Part shown: positions 42,752 to 55,940 of the stretch, piece by piece | Layout: each line of letters starts with the position of its first letter | Numbering within the stretch: position 1 is the stretch's first letter | DNA from: Octopus vulgaris | Lineage: Eukaryota | Direction: 5' to 3' | DNA: 64,000 nt | Assembly (NCBI GenBank): GCA_951406725.2 | Contig: OX597815.1 | Coordinates: 33,170,001 to 33,234,000 of the forward strand | Notes under the pieces: model-generated | The model's input: the letters and a program-made list of their open reading frames with translations, nothing else | What the model was told of the DNA's origin: nothing | Databases searched by the model: none | Translations under genes and position numbers: made by a program

Positions 42752-43536
42752 TGAGCGTTGAACCTGTAAGCTATGGAGATATGCCAAACACATGCGAAAC
42801 AAACCAAATAAATTACAAAACTCGGGAGTCTAAAGCATAGCCATACAAATCATAGCCATACAAACGAAAACGAATAAAATTAGAACAATTTAAGAAGAGA
42901 ACATTTAAAATATGTTAAGTCTGAATATGGTAATATGAATTGATAAGTCCTGCAGTTCACAAACGAGAAACTTAAAGATGAAATAGAACAATGAAAAGGA
43001 ACAAATTTAGTAAGAATAGACGTTATGAAAATAGATGCGAAGTTTGATATGGATAGAATAAGCAAAATAGTAAGTGCAGTAAGCATAGTAATTTAAAAGG
43101 AACGTAAACGTTTCCTTATATATAAATACAAGTCTACCGAAGTCAATGAAGCAACATAGATCACGAATGTACAAATAAAGATTAGAAAATATTTCTTAGG
43201 AAAATCAATAGAGAAAAACGCAAGTGAAAAAAAAGTGACAAATGCTATGGAAATATTGCATAACAAGAGATACTACCTGCAATTAAAGAACACCTGAAGC
43301 AAGAAATCCTCAGTAATTTACAAATAATTCGGTTGTATGAAAAGCAGAAGAATTCGACTTTGATGCAAATTAACGCAGCAGCAACAGAAACAGAAACTAT
43401 GAAATTCTCGTGATGAGGACTACCGGTAGCGAGAGAAACACCGCGGAAACGAATGTTCCAAACAAGTTTAACGGCTGATCAATCGTGGGAGTAACTGTCT
43501 GCATCGAAACTATTAGTAGAGAGGAAAATTACTAAA

Positions 43537-43595
<59 letters not shown>

Positions 43596-43598
<3 letters not shown>

Positions 43599-43787
43599 TA
43601 AAACGGTAAGATAACAAAAGAAAGAAAGAGACCTCAATATTATGTAAATAGAGGAAATTTATCTATACAATAATATGTTACATTACTCGATAACCGAAGA
43701 GATAACCGAAGAGATGGTGTTGTAGATTTCCACTTCGGCATCTGAAACTCAGAGTTTTATCTTGACTATCGAGTAATGTAACATATT

Positions 43788-43795
<8 letters not shown>
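43596..43795 (+). mobile_element. 200-bp PLE-derived mini-element: HHR (43700-43762) between 29-bp inverted arms
   Basis: AGAUAA CCGAAGA GAUG..CAUC U GAAA CUCAGAG UU UUAUCU. Perfect arms 43664-43692 / 43767-43795. Flanked by (TA)n. Confidence 0.8.
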
Positions 43796-43854
<59 letters not shown>

Positions 43855-44049
43855 ATTCCATTGCTTTATGTAACATTTCGGTTCCATGCTCTGCTCTTCG
43901 ACTGTGTGGACCAAACTGATAGCATGTTCTCTTTTTCTTTTGTTTTGTTTTTTTTGTCTCACTATCAGGGGAAAAAAAGGTCTCGAAATATCAGATCCTT
44001 CACTCTTCATTGCAACTAGGCTTATCAAATTATTCTAGAGTTCGAGAAG

Positions 44050-45600
44050 TAACCAAGACGCCACAAGAAACGAACTACTGGAAAGCAGCAAGTAGAGATA
44101 AAGTTATAAACTTCTGATTGAAATATTTAAAAAGCATTCATAATATATTATCAAAATTATTTAATAATTTATTGATAGAGCTAATGTCTCAATCAGAAGA
44201 AAACTAATATGATCCCCAACACAAAAGAAACAGCAAACCCAGAAAGATATTGCATGTCTACTTGTCGGCAGTGTACTAAATGTTAACTGCAATTACAGTG
44301 AATAGACGATTTCACGGAAAATAAGAGTAAGTCCCTAAGGGTAGAAGGGAAGCTGAAAGGACTCATGTGATTCTAAATATCAAATGTTAACAATGCAATA
44401 ACAAAAGGCTGTAGAAGGAAAAAGAAGGGTATGAGCATGGAGTTGACTTGTTACATACAAATAACTGATAGAAAAGCATTAATTTTATTCTTAAAATAAG
44501 GTTAATATGCAATATATAAACGTAATAGGTATCAATAAACTAACTCTCTTGGTAATAGGTTATAACTAGAATATTTGAAGTTGGATCCTTAGTGAAATAA
44601 CAGGATTGGACAAGAAAGCAAGAAAAATAATGACTATAGTCAGAATTCACACCCCAAATCCGACAGAGATTATATTGGCCAAGAATACAGGAGAGACGTG
44701 TATCTTCTGCTAGAAAGTATTAAATAACATATAGGACTTCAAAAATATTTGGTAAATTCTGGAGGGAAATTTATGCAGAATATGAAAAAAAAAAATTTTC
44801 TGCTTTCAAATATGAATAGAATTTAATCTAGCAGACAGATGTGATGAAAATAGAGAAACAATAACGGAAATAAGTGGAGGCGCTAAACTGAAAACAGGAG
44901 TAAAAAATGGCAAGAATATTCCAGACGTATTCATTACCTGAGAAGACTGAACAAAGCAGTGGTGGATAAAGAAACTCGATGAGAAAGCAAACATTTTGGT
45001 TGTGACACAAAACAAAGCCTTTTCACAAGTAACTACAAAAAAAAACAACAAAACATTATAATCATGAATAACAGAAAAAGTAATTACAATTTTGAAACTG
45101 TGAAGGAACTATCGTATTGTTCCTGCACAACTAGTCTTAGCTAAAAGGGAATAAATACAAGTATTAGAGTTTGACCTATCATGGAAATTATATCAATATT
45201 TGGAAATGTTTACAGAAAAACAGATGGCATAAATGTACATCAGAAAAGGTCTCAGTAAATGACGACCATACTCTGAGATATTCTAATTTACAGAGACAAG
45301 ATGAACAGGGCTTGTCGATGGGATATTATTTGTAAACGGCCATTTCAAATAGAAATGTTTTATGATCAAAATATCAGATGAGAATATGTTTAAAAGGATG
45401 AGTTATCCCAATATAGAGAATGTGAAAATTGAAAATAAACACTATTCCTATAGCAAATAAGTACTGGGAATGACTAAAGACAAGCATAACCAAAACCTCG
45501 GGACATAGAAATATCCACCAATAGAAAATCACACCAATAGGCACTACATATATATTAAAGTACTTTCAATACAATAGAAAGCACAAAAACAAAACAACAC
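44050..45600 (+). pseudogene. Highly degenerate Dong/R4-like LINE
   Basis: Scattered RT and REL endonuclease remnants with many stops. Confidence 0.45.
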
Positions 45601-47424
45601 TGACGCACCTAACTCTCATAGAGATGCGATCGGTGGTGCAATTTAAACCTATAATTAAAATAGGACTACAAAGAACAATGGTGAGAATGATGATTTTTTT
45701 TAATTTGGCAGAAGGGCGTCGGTTGAAGAGGACGTTACAAACAGAGTTTACAATTTGTGTGGGTAGAGTATCTTACATAAAATGGATGCGGAAACAGGAA
45801 GAGAATAAGATAAATTGTATACAAAGTGTAATAATAGATGGATATTTAGGTTGCACGCAATCATTGAACAAAATGCTTAGTGGCATTTTTCTGTTCGTTA
45901 CATTCTGAGTTCTACTCCAGCTGAGGTCAGCTTTGTCTTGTCCTTTCTGAGTTGATAAAATAAAATATCAGTCAAGTTCTGAGGTCCGTGTAATTGATTT
46001 TCCCTTCCTCTCAAAACTGCTGGCCCTTTGCCAAAGTTAGAAAGAATATATTGAATACGTTGCTGATACAACTCAGCTCACCTGCTCAGGAAAACTTTCA
46101 ACTAGAGCCAATCAAAAATCCCATCGCTTTAACCATGTGTCCTTACCCAACTGCAGTTCTGCGATCTACAGGTGCATTTTCGCCACAGTCGTCCACCTTT
46201 TGATAATGTCACTGAATGGCAGTACTTCCCTCTTCCCATTCAGCTTTCCTTCCCAAGTGGAACTTGAAAAGGACGATGCGAGATTTTCCGAAAAAGAAAA
46301 TGTCTGCTCTAAATCATTTTAGCCTCGTCCAACGAACATCTGTCGCCATGGTCTCCAAACAAATTAAAACTACCTACTCATCCCTATAAAAGAAGCACAA
46401 TGTGGTGGTATTTTCGATGAACAACAGATCAGTTCTACATGCGACATTTAGATGTTTCTAGTATAAGGGGAACGGCCACTAAATCAAACGAAAGAAATGC
46501 GCAGATGTTGGATTGCTCTGATTACGAAGGTTACCTAAAACATACATGCAAAGTAGATCCATTTAACAAAGCTATACTCAACATTCTCACCAAGCTTTCA
46601 ACATAATAACGACGACGACAACAACGACGACTACCGAAGACGATGACGACGACAATAACGACGACGACGACAATGACGACGACGACGACAATGACGACGA
46701 CGACAATGACGACGACGACGACGACGATTTGGACGCGGATGAAGATGAGGACGATGCTGCTGCTGCTGCTGAAAGCGGTGAGCTGATAGCAGCGACAACA
46801 ATAATTTCTCTATTAGCTATCAACTGAAATACAAACGTAGAGGGAGAGAGAGAGAAGATAGTGAGAGAGTGGATAGAGAGAGAGAGAGAGAGAGAGATGG
46901 GATAGAAAGTGAGGGAGGATAGAGAGAGAATAAGGGGGATACAGATAGATACATAGATAGATTGGTGGAGAGAGTATGTGTGTGTGTGTGTATTAGATTA
47001 ATACATGTGAACAAAATTATAACATATCTGCGAAATGAAATGGGAAGGGATCATGAGGAAATCATGCTTTTTTATTTTTGTGATATTAACAACGTAGCGA
47101 AGTGAAATTGTTAAACACGAAATTCGAAACCAGATAAGTTTCCCGGGTATTTTCTACTGTTTAAGAATTCTTCGATATAGGTAGGATAAGTGTGAAGTTT
47201 ATGACAAATGAAACATAATCATTGCGATATAGAATTAAACGAGCCTTTCAAAAGGTGATAAGAAGTTCATTATTAACATTTGACGGATATTTGTCCTCAT
47301 CTTTATTATTAACACAGCGTTTCGTCTGATATACCCTCCAGCCTTCATCTGCGTTCTCATTCCTATGCGTTCTCATTCCTATGGTATTTTTCGTTCTTCT
47401 TATTACTATTATAATTATCATTTA

Positions 47425-47491
47425 GCTCACTGCCTGGAATCGAACTCTTGGGGTTAGTAGCCCGCGCTCTTAACCACTACGCCATATGCCC
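47425..47491 (-). ncRNA. tRNA-like module inside the PLE pseudo-LTR (not a functional tRNA)
   Basis: Box A TGGCGTAGTGG, anticodon arm GGG-CT ACT AA-CCC, box B GAGTTCGATTC. A second copy at 50183-50479 is interrupted by a SINE. Confidence 0.75.
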
Positions 47492-47809
47492 GTGGGCAAT
47501 TATGGAATGAATTTTAGGGCTTTTAAATCTAATATTTTCCTATCCTTCCTTAATACCAGTTTCCATATGCTATTCATATCTGCACTCGGTCTGCTTAGGA
47601 GATTGTTGTGTCCTACCATATGTGCTGCTTCTTTTAGTTTTCGTATTTTTCCAGTGGTGTTCTCTGTCTATTATTTGAAATATGCAGTCTTCTATTTTTA
47701 TAGTTGTGCAATATATAATAACGCTATTAAAAACCCACCGATGCTACTGAGAAACATTTTACTAAAAAGTAGGTTTTAAGTCGGTAGCGGAATCAATATA
47801 TCCTAAATT

Positions 47810-48800
47810 ACCCATGATAATTTTCATTTCTCAAGTACATCAACGTAATTGTATCAAAACTTAAGGAGTAAATAACAAGAGCTAACGGGAAAATTGCAAG
47901 AAGCACAATAGCGTCATGTGCAAAGTGTAATTGAACGGTGAAAGTGTAATTGAAATTCTGTAAACTCGATAATGCTCCAGAAATAATATCATTTCAAATA
48001 ACATTTAAATGAAAGACACTACTAAATTAATATATTTAAGATTATGAAAAGAAAATGAACTTAGTAAACTAGCAATTCTAAATGTAAAGCACTGGTTCTA
48101 AAACTCTATACAAATGGTTTGCATAATTACCTATTCTATATATTTTGTGACCAAATACCAAGGTTAATTCATGGTAGTACTTTTTAATAAGGTGATCAAT
48201 TACATTGTGCTAATAGTTCTTGAGGCATATTTTTTTCTAATATTTAAATATGTTCGCTTTTTGGTCTAGTGTGTTGTGGATGATTGAATTACTTCAGTTT
48301 TGAATATTGTGTCGAATTTTTATTTCCATTCAAAGAAAGTGTGCACCGTCACGATCACAATTTTGATTAGATATAATTTGATTCACTCCTCGTTTCGTTT
48401 GATCTTATACTTATTTAGCCATCTTGTAGAAAACAGAAATGTCATTTCCATTACAGAATGCGTTCCATTGTCAGCATATAGAGAAATGATTATTGTACTA
48501 AAATCGTGCTTTGTCCTTAGATTGAAGATTTTACTTTCGAATTGTCAGTTTACTGGTTTCGTTTCATTTACCTACTGTTTAATTCATTACTCCAGTACTA
48601 TGTTTTATTCAAGTTTTCTACTAAAGGATGTTATGTTTTAATCATGAATCCAATTTACAATATTTCAATTACATTTTCACCGTAGTGGGATTTTGCACCT
48701 GACGCTATTTTACCTCTGCTAATTTTCATATTGGCTCTTGTTATTTTAAGATTTGCTATAATTACTTCGTCGTATATGAGAACATAAAATTCTCAGATGG
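47810..48800. mobile_element. Old non-autonomous DNA transposon with ~160-bp imperfect inverted ends
   Basis: 47815-47970 is a diverged reverse complement of 48645-48795. Confidence 0.55.
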
Positions 48801-50206
48801 TCATTTAGAAAATAATGATTCTAATGCTGTTAGTTGAGCGTAACCTCTTTGTAAAATATCCATCTTTAAGATTCTTGAGATTTCTAATAATGACATATGC
48901 AAGCTACTATAAAATGGGAAGACTGCATTGTATTTCACGTAATTTGGAACTTTGTATTTCAAGTAATTAAAATGGCCAGAAAAAAGAAACTAACTAGAAA
49001 AGTAAACTACAGTTCTATTTATAAGAAATCTGTCTTGGTTTCAGCTGTTTTATTTCTTTGTAATTTCAGTATTGTAAACGAGAATAATGATCGCTTTTGT
49101 TATGATTGACTATTTTAGGTTTGCCTCTCTTTCCTCTTCAAAATTGAGAATAGAGATGTGGGTGATGGTCTCCATTTTTCCATACATGATCAGCTATACC
49201 CGATTTATCAATATCTCCTCGTGTCACAACTTTAGGATCAACCTATAGGATCAATCCTATAGCTATATAGGATCAACCCTATAGCTGCGATATGTTGATG
49301 ACACCTTTATACACTGGTTACACCAGGAAGATGTCGAAGCGCTGTTAGATCATGTGAACTCAATAAAGCCATTCATACAGTTCACAATGGAAAAGGAAAA
49401 AGACAATCAGCTAGCATTCCTGGATGTATTAATAACACGCACCAAGTATGGATTCAGGACATCCGTATACCGCAAGCCGACCTTCACTGGACGATACCTC
49501 AACTTCAGTTCCCACCATCCATACAGTGTAAAAGGGAGGGATTGCTCAGTGCCTAAAACATCGACCAAAGAGTATAAGTAGTGATCGTGATACCCACCAC
49601 GAAGAAATGATCAAGCTCAGTAACAATCTATTAAGCAACAACTACCCCAAAAACATACTATCCACTCCAATTATGAAGAAAAGAGAGGATGAAACCAATA
49701 AACTGTCCACAGTCTGCCTAGCCTATGTGAAAGGCCACTCTGAAAAGATACAAAAGATATGCAGCCCATATGACATCATTATTCAAGAATAATACAACAC
49801 TTCGCAAACACCTCCTTCGAGTAAAACCACTAATAGAAGAGAATATGACCAAAAACTGCGTGTACTCCATCCCATGCAGCTGTGATAGGTTATACAAAAG
49901 CGAAGCATACCGCCCCCTCAAAATAAGGGTAGAGGAACATCGCAAAGCTGTGACACGAGGAAATATTGAAGACCACCTTTCCCTGTGGGATGAAGTTAAA
50001 ATAATAGACGGAGAACACCACTGGAAAATACGAAAACTAAAAGAAGCAGCACACATGCTAGGACACAACAACCTCCTAAGTAGACCGAGTGCAGATATGA
50101 GTAGCATATGGGAACCGGTATTAAGGAAGGATAGGAAAATATTAGATTTATATGCCCTAAAATTCACTCCATAATTGCCCACGGGCACATGGCGTAGTGG
50201 TTACTA

Positions 50207-50432
50207 TGAGCTGGCAGAAACGTTAGCACGTCGGGTGAAATGCTTTGCGGTATTTCGTCTGCCGTTACGTTCTGAGTTCAAATTCCGCCGAGGTCGACTT
50301 TACCTTTCATCCTTTCGGGGTCGATAAATTAAGTACCAGTTACGCACTGGGGTCGATGTAATCGACTTAATACCTATGTCTGTCCTTGTTTGTTCCCTCT
50401 ATGTTTAGCCCCTTGTGGGTAATAAAGAAATA
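50207..50432 (+). mobile_element. SINE family B with Tx1-like tail, 8-bp TSD
   Basis: TSD GGTTACTA at 50199-50206 and 50433-50440. Confidence 0.9.
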
Positions 50433-51004
50433 GGTTACTACTAAACCCAAGATTCCGAGTTCGATTCTAGGCAGTGACCTGAATAATAGGCAGTGAATAA
50501 TAGGCAGTGACCTGAATAATAATACTAACACAGAAAATACCTTAAGAATGAAAACCCAGGTCCGAAATTTACCCCCAAGATATCTTATGAAGGCTGGAGG
50601 GTATATCAGCCGAAACGCTGTTTTAACAACAAACAAGATGAGGACAAATATCCGTCAAATGTAAATAGTAAATAGTGTACATAAATCTTCACCTCTTAAA
50701 TATAGAACTGTGATAAGAAGTTTACTTCTAGTCTGCTTAAAATGTCAAATTAATTTACTAGCTTGTTCCTTTGTTTAAGTCCTTCTGGCTGCTATCATAC
50801 TTATCTTGACATCTCTGTCCTTATTTTTAGTTTGTTATACTCGAATTGGTTAAAAATATTGATTATGACTTGCAGTCGGCAGAGTTGAGTGCGCATTGAA
50901 TAACCAACTGAACAGTTGGTAGTTCGTTTCTTGTCACCTGCCTAGCAGTATGCTTATGACCAAGACGCTTGTTTTTCAAGTAGCTGAATCTATTTGGCTA
51001 TGAA

Positions 51005-51844
51005 TCTATATATATAAAGCTGAGGTTATCTATGTGTGTGTGTGTGTGTGTGGCAGGTTTGGTAGCCTTCAACTAACACTATCTCTTCCGAGACCCTACG
51101 GCGCAAGTTGACCAAAATTGACAGTATGATAGAAGAAGGCTTGCTCTTCATTCCGTAGAAGAAAAAATTCAAATCGCACCATGTTAAAACCAAAACTTAT
51201 TTACATCCAAAAGTGCTTTTTTTTCTATGAAAATCCCTATTTTTTAGGCTTTCTTGACTGCTGTATCGCCATTCTTCGGTGTATTTCAACCAAAAAAAGT
51301 GCGATCTGCATGCTGTTACTATCTACGATGTTCAAGTCAAGCCTTCAATGGGTATGTTTTGATTTTACAGATTTTTTTTAGTTATACGTGATGTAAAATA
51401 GTCGATTTTATTCGTTTTACAGGTACAACCACGATTCATTTTGCACACCCGTTTGGCTTCAAAATAACATTTTTGGGTTTTTTTGTAACCACAAACTGTT
51501 CTTACTAGCGTTTTGGATTTTACCTGTACTTTTTCTTAATGAATATTGTTGCAGTGTTAACTTCTTAATAGATTTTCAGTGCAGTTCGAAACTTGAGCTT
51601 CATTTTGCTTTAAATCTATTTTTTTCTCCATAATGTTAATAGAAGGAATATTAACCAACAATACCAACAAATGAAGTCGGCATTACACATTTGCAGCACA
51701 TTCAGAGCAAACTCGAGCATCGCCATACTATACTTTTATTCATAGATTGAAACTATGTAAAAACTTTGTTAATGCGACATCAAAGTCTGCTGTTTTAAGC
51801 GCAACTAAAAAACAAACCCGAGCAACGCCGGGCTATACTGCTAG
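51005..51844 (+). mobile_element. Non-autonomous Helitron (second family)
   Basis: A|TCTATATATATAAAG ... CCCGAGCAACGCCGGG ... CTAG|T. Confidence 0.88.
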
Positions 51845-51999
51845 TAATGTATAGAAACGTTTCGTTGTTCCGAGAGGTCACAGCACTGAAACACTAATGA
51901 GTATTTTATAGATTTGCAATGCTATAAAGAGAAATGAAGATAGAGATAAAAGGGCCTGTATAGTTAAAATGTGCAAAATTGCCTTTTACCACATAACAT

Positions 52000-53300
52000 T
52001 TTGTACTGCTTTTGAAAGAGATTTGTAACAAATAATTGTTAGCATCTGGTGGTGCTGTATGAATTTCGCTCCGAGAAAACGAAACTGCATCAATTACAAT
52101 TTTTTTTCCTGTAAAAATCTAACGCTAAAAGAGATGAAATCCAGGTAAATAATAAATCAAAGAAAGACTAAATCAAAATCAATTGTTATTGTGGTCGAAA
52201 TTGTTGCACAAGTTATGTGTGGTTGTTTTGTAGTTTCCTTGCATCATATGAAAAGCAGACAAGTTCATTACACTACAAATGGAGCCTACACTATAAAATA
52301 AGAAAAGGAAATTCCTGTCCTAATTCATCTACCTACCTATTCCAACATAACTCCATTACCTTCAATACATGAATAGCATGTCTGTAACACATACCATGCA
52401 TGATATTTTAGTAGCTGAAGCATCAAAATGACAAGTAATTTTCTTTTCTTCCTCCTTGCCTTCGGTTAACTCGTTGCCTTGTATCCATACTGTATTAATT
52501 TTGCACGGAGGAAACGAAATTGAATATTTTTGTACAAACACAAAAGTTATTTTAGTGCCTGCTATATCTTTAATGATAACATGAAGTAACTTTCTATTTT
52601 TTTTACTTCTTTATTTCAAGCTTTGTTATTTCTTTGATGCTATTTTGTAACGGGATAAGTATTATGCTCCAGATCGATTTTCTTATTTTCCATTTTATTA
52701 GGTCATTGTGATTGGGACAGCATGTGGTCTAAGATAATCTAAATTTTCTACAGTTTAATAGATCAATTGCTGAAATATGCCATGTTTTCACCGATAGTAA
52801 ATGCGATGCAAAGAATATACTGGATTTGTTCTGACTGGATGCGATGACTTTATGCTTAAGAGAGTGAATGATTGGATATTTATGATGCTCATATCTTTTC
52901 TAAGGACGTTAGATAAGTGTGCCGTGCGAAATATTTTAATTGCTCTGCTACGTTAAGCACGCAATTATATTTTCCCATAGGTGAATTTTATATTGACACT
53001 GACAACATTAGATAGAATAAAATATCCAATATCACATGGTATTTTACTAAGTATGCTATTAAGTACATATACTGATATTTTAATGTCTTACTCAGAGAAC
53101 AGCACGACCATCGTGACAGCAAACATACTCATGGTTCTTAACGCGATGTACCTTTGTGACTCTTCAATATGTGGGGTAATAATAAACATTTTCTTATTAT
53201 TTTTCGTAGAATTTGAATAAGGACGGAGATGAAATGAATGAGTTTCAACTCTCATAGAAATTTTTATGCGGACTTTACAGTGCTCCTCGCTATCGAATAT
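52000..53300 (-). pseudogene. Very degenerate L1/Tx1-like endonuclease region
   Basis: GKYNCVLN (resembles GDFNCVLN) and an SDH-like remnant in plausible order; many stops. Confidence 0.35.
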
Positions 53301-54189
53301 AAACATTACAAATGTACTGACATAAATCCATTTCCACAAAGCTAAACTTAACAGTATGGTGGTGAAGGTGTGTTCACTAGTTTGACTTATTGCTAATTCT
53401 TATCGTTATTTTCCCCATATAGAAAAGTATTAAAATATTGTCTAAAACTTAATATTTTTAATACAGTGATTCTTTTTGTCAAAACCAAGTAAACCCTATT
53501 TTCGGTTTCTTTTTGTCTTTACTTTTTATAGCATATGCCAAAAGCATAATCTTTTAGGAACATTAATAATTACAAAGTGTTTAACTTACAATTTCAATAA
53601 CAGAGGGTTTTTTAAAAAGCACAAAAATATGCTATTTAGTAAAGTAAATAGTATTTACTTAATATTTTGTAACAAAGTCACAAAATAGATTTACTCACAG
53701 GAAACAGTTCGGGATCTCTATAAGCCTCGTTAGACCATAGAACTACAACTGGGTAGTTACTCTTCAAGGCGCAAGTTAAGACGAATGACAACAGCAGTAA
53801 CGTGAAGAAGGGAGTTGCCTCTCTCCAGGTTACTAATAATGTCCAAGGCAAAGACAACGGTAGTTACAGCTTGGAATAAGTGTCATCAGAGGTTTTGTCA
53901 TCAGAACGCAAAGAACTAGAACGAATACCATCAATCCCTACTCCCAGTACTGATACTTTGCTTATCAACCCCAACGGTAAGTGAACTAAGAAAGCCAAAA
54001 CAAATAATACAACGTATTTCTACCCAACTCCTTAATAACTGCCATTTCACTGCCTATCACGGAAAAATCGACAATGAAGATTTTATATATATATATATCA
54101 TAGGCACAACCGTGGTCGTGCGTTGTAGAGACTCACTTTTCACTTTCCGGGTTCAATTATATTACATGACAATTTGGTAGATGGAAGTC

Positions 54190-54267
<78 letters not shown>

Positions 54268-55160
54268 TCTCAAGTATGTATGTATGTTTGTTTGTATGTA
54301 TGTATGTTTAGTGTTGTCTGTTGAAAGAAAGAGTATTTGATACCTTAGTTACGACACTCGTAACTTGCCTGAAGACCGCGTACGCCCACAGATGAATCTC
54401 AGAATATCAATAAACTGATACGACCAAATTCAAAATATGTGTGTGTATGTGTTTCTGTGTGTCTGTGTTCGTGTTTCTTTATGTCTGACAAAACACCATC
54501 GGTTAAATATAAATTGTGTTTTGTCAAAAAAACAGTCATTGATAATTAGAGATCGATAAAATAAATAAATACTACTACAGTGAAATAAACACTAGGGCTG
54601 ATTTTTTTTTAAAGATGTTGCCTCGGCATCACCGCACTGCAATATATGAAACTAGTAAAATATCTGAATGAAAAAGGGTACAAATGGGGAAATGTTTAAG
54701 GTTTCAGGGAGCTGATTTTAACGAACCGACTGTAATTCCTAGATCCTGTAATTCCTAATTCCTATCTTGCTTAACATAAGGTCAGAATTACTTTTGACAA
54801 ACCCAAGATTGTCACCGGAACCGTTTTGTACGCGCAGGTACAACAGTAGACTCACGGTGAGACAAATCTGCCAGTCCAACTTGATTCTCATCTGAAACCG
54901 TTTCACTTCACTTATAATGTTCATGCATTTCAAGGTAAACCCTTTACAATATACTTATCTTTTAGTGTTTTACATGCTAAGTAACACATGAAACAATCTG
55001 TTTCCACTTTTGAAGGTGTTTTCAGTTCTTATCGAAAAGCTGTAACTGAAATTTGTGAAATCTTTTCAATCGACTTTTGTCATTTTTGTTTAACGTAACA
55101 AACATCTCATTATTATCAAATATATCATTCGTTACATCAGCTATATTATTTTTAATAGTT

Positions 55161-55940
<780 letters not shown>

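Larger units (their letters stand above)
47268..50709 (+). mobile_element. Truncated Poseidon-type PLE with inverted 5' pseudo-LTR, 13-bp TSD
   Basis: RYVDDTF, QFTMEKE..LAFLDV, VYRKPT..YLNFSSHHP, CVYSIPCSC..RVEEH at ~49280-50174. 47268-47676 is an inverted copy of ~49995-50665. TSD GTGATAAGAAGTT at 47255-47267 and 50710-50722. Confidence 0.9.

Noticed and set aside
43475-43518. CUGAUCA...GAAA CUAUUAG UA possible decayed hammerhead
   Set aside because: G8 mutated, helix I absent, helix II unconvincing.
52690-52800. piggyBac-like TIGENMAYF motif
   Set aside because: Isolated match; surrounding remnants fit an L1/Tx1 endonuclease better.
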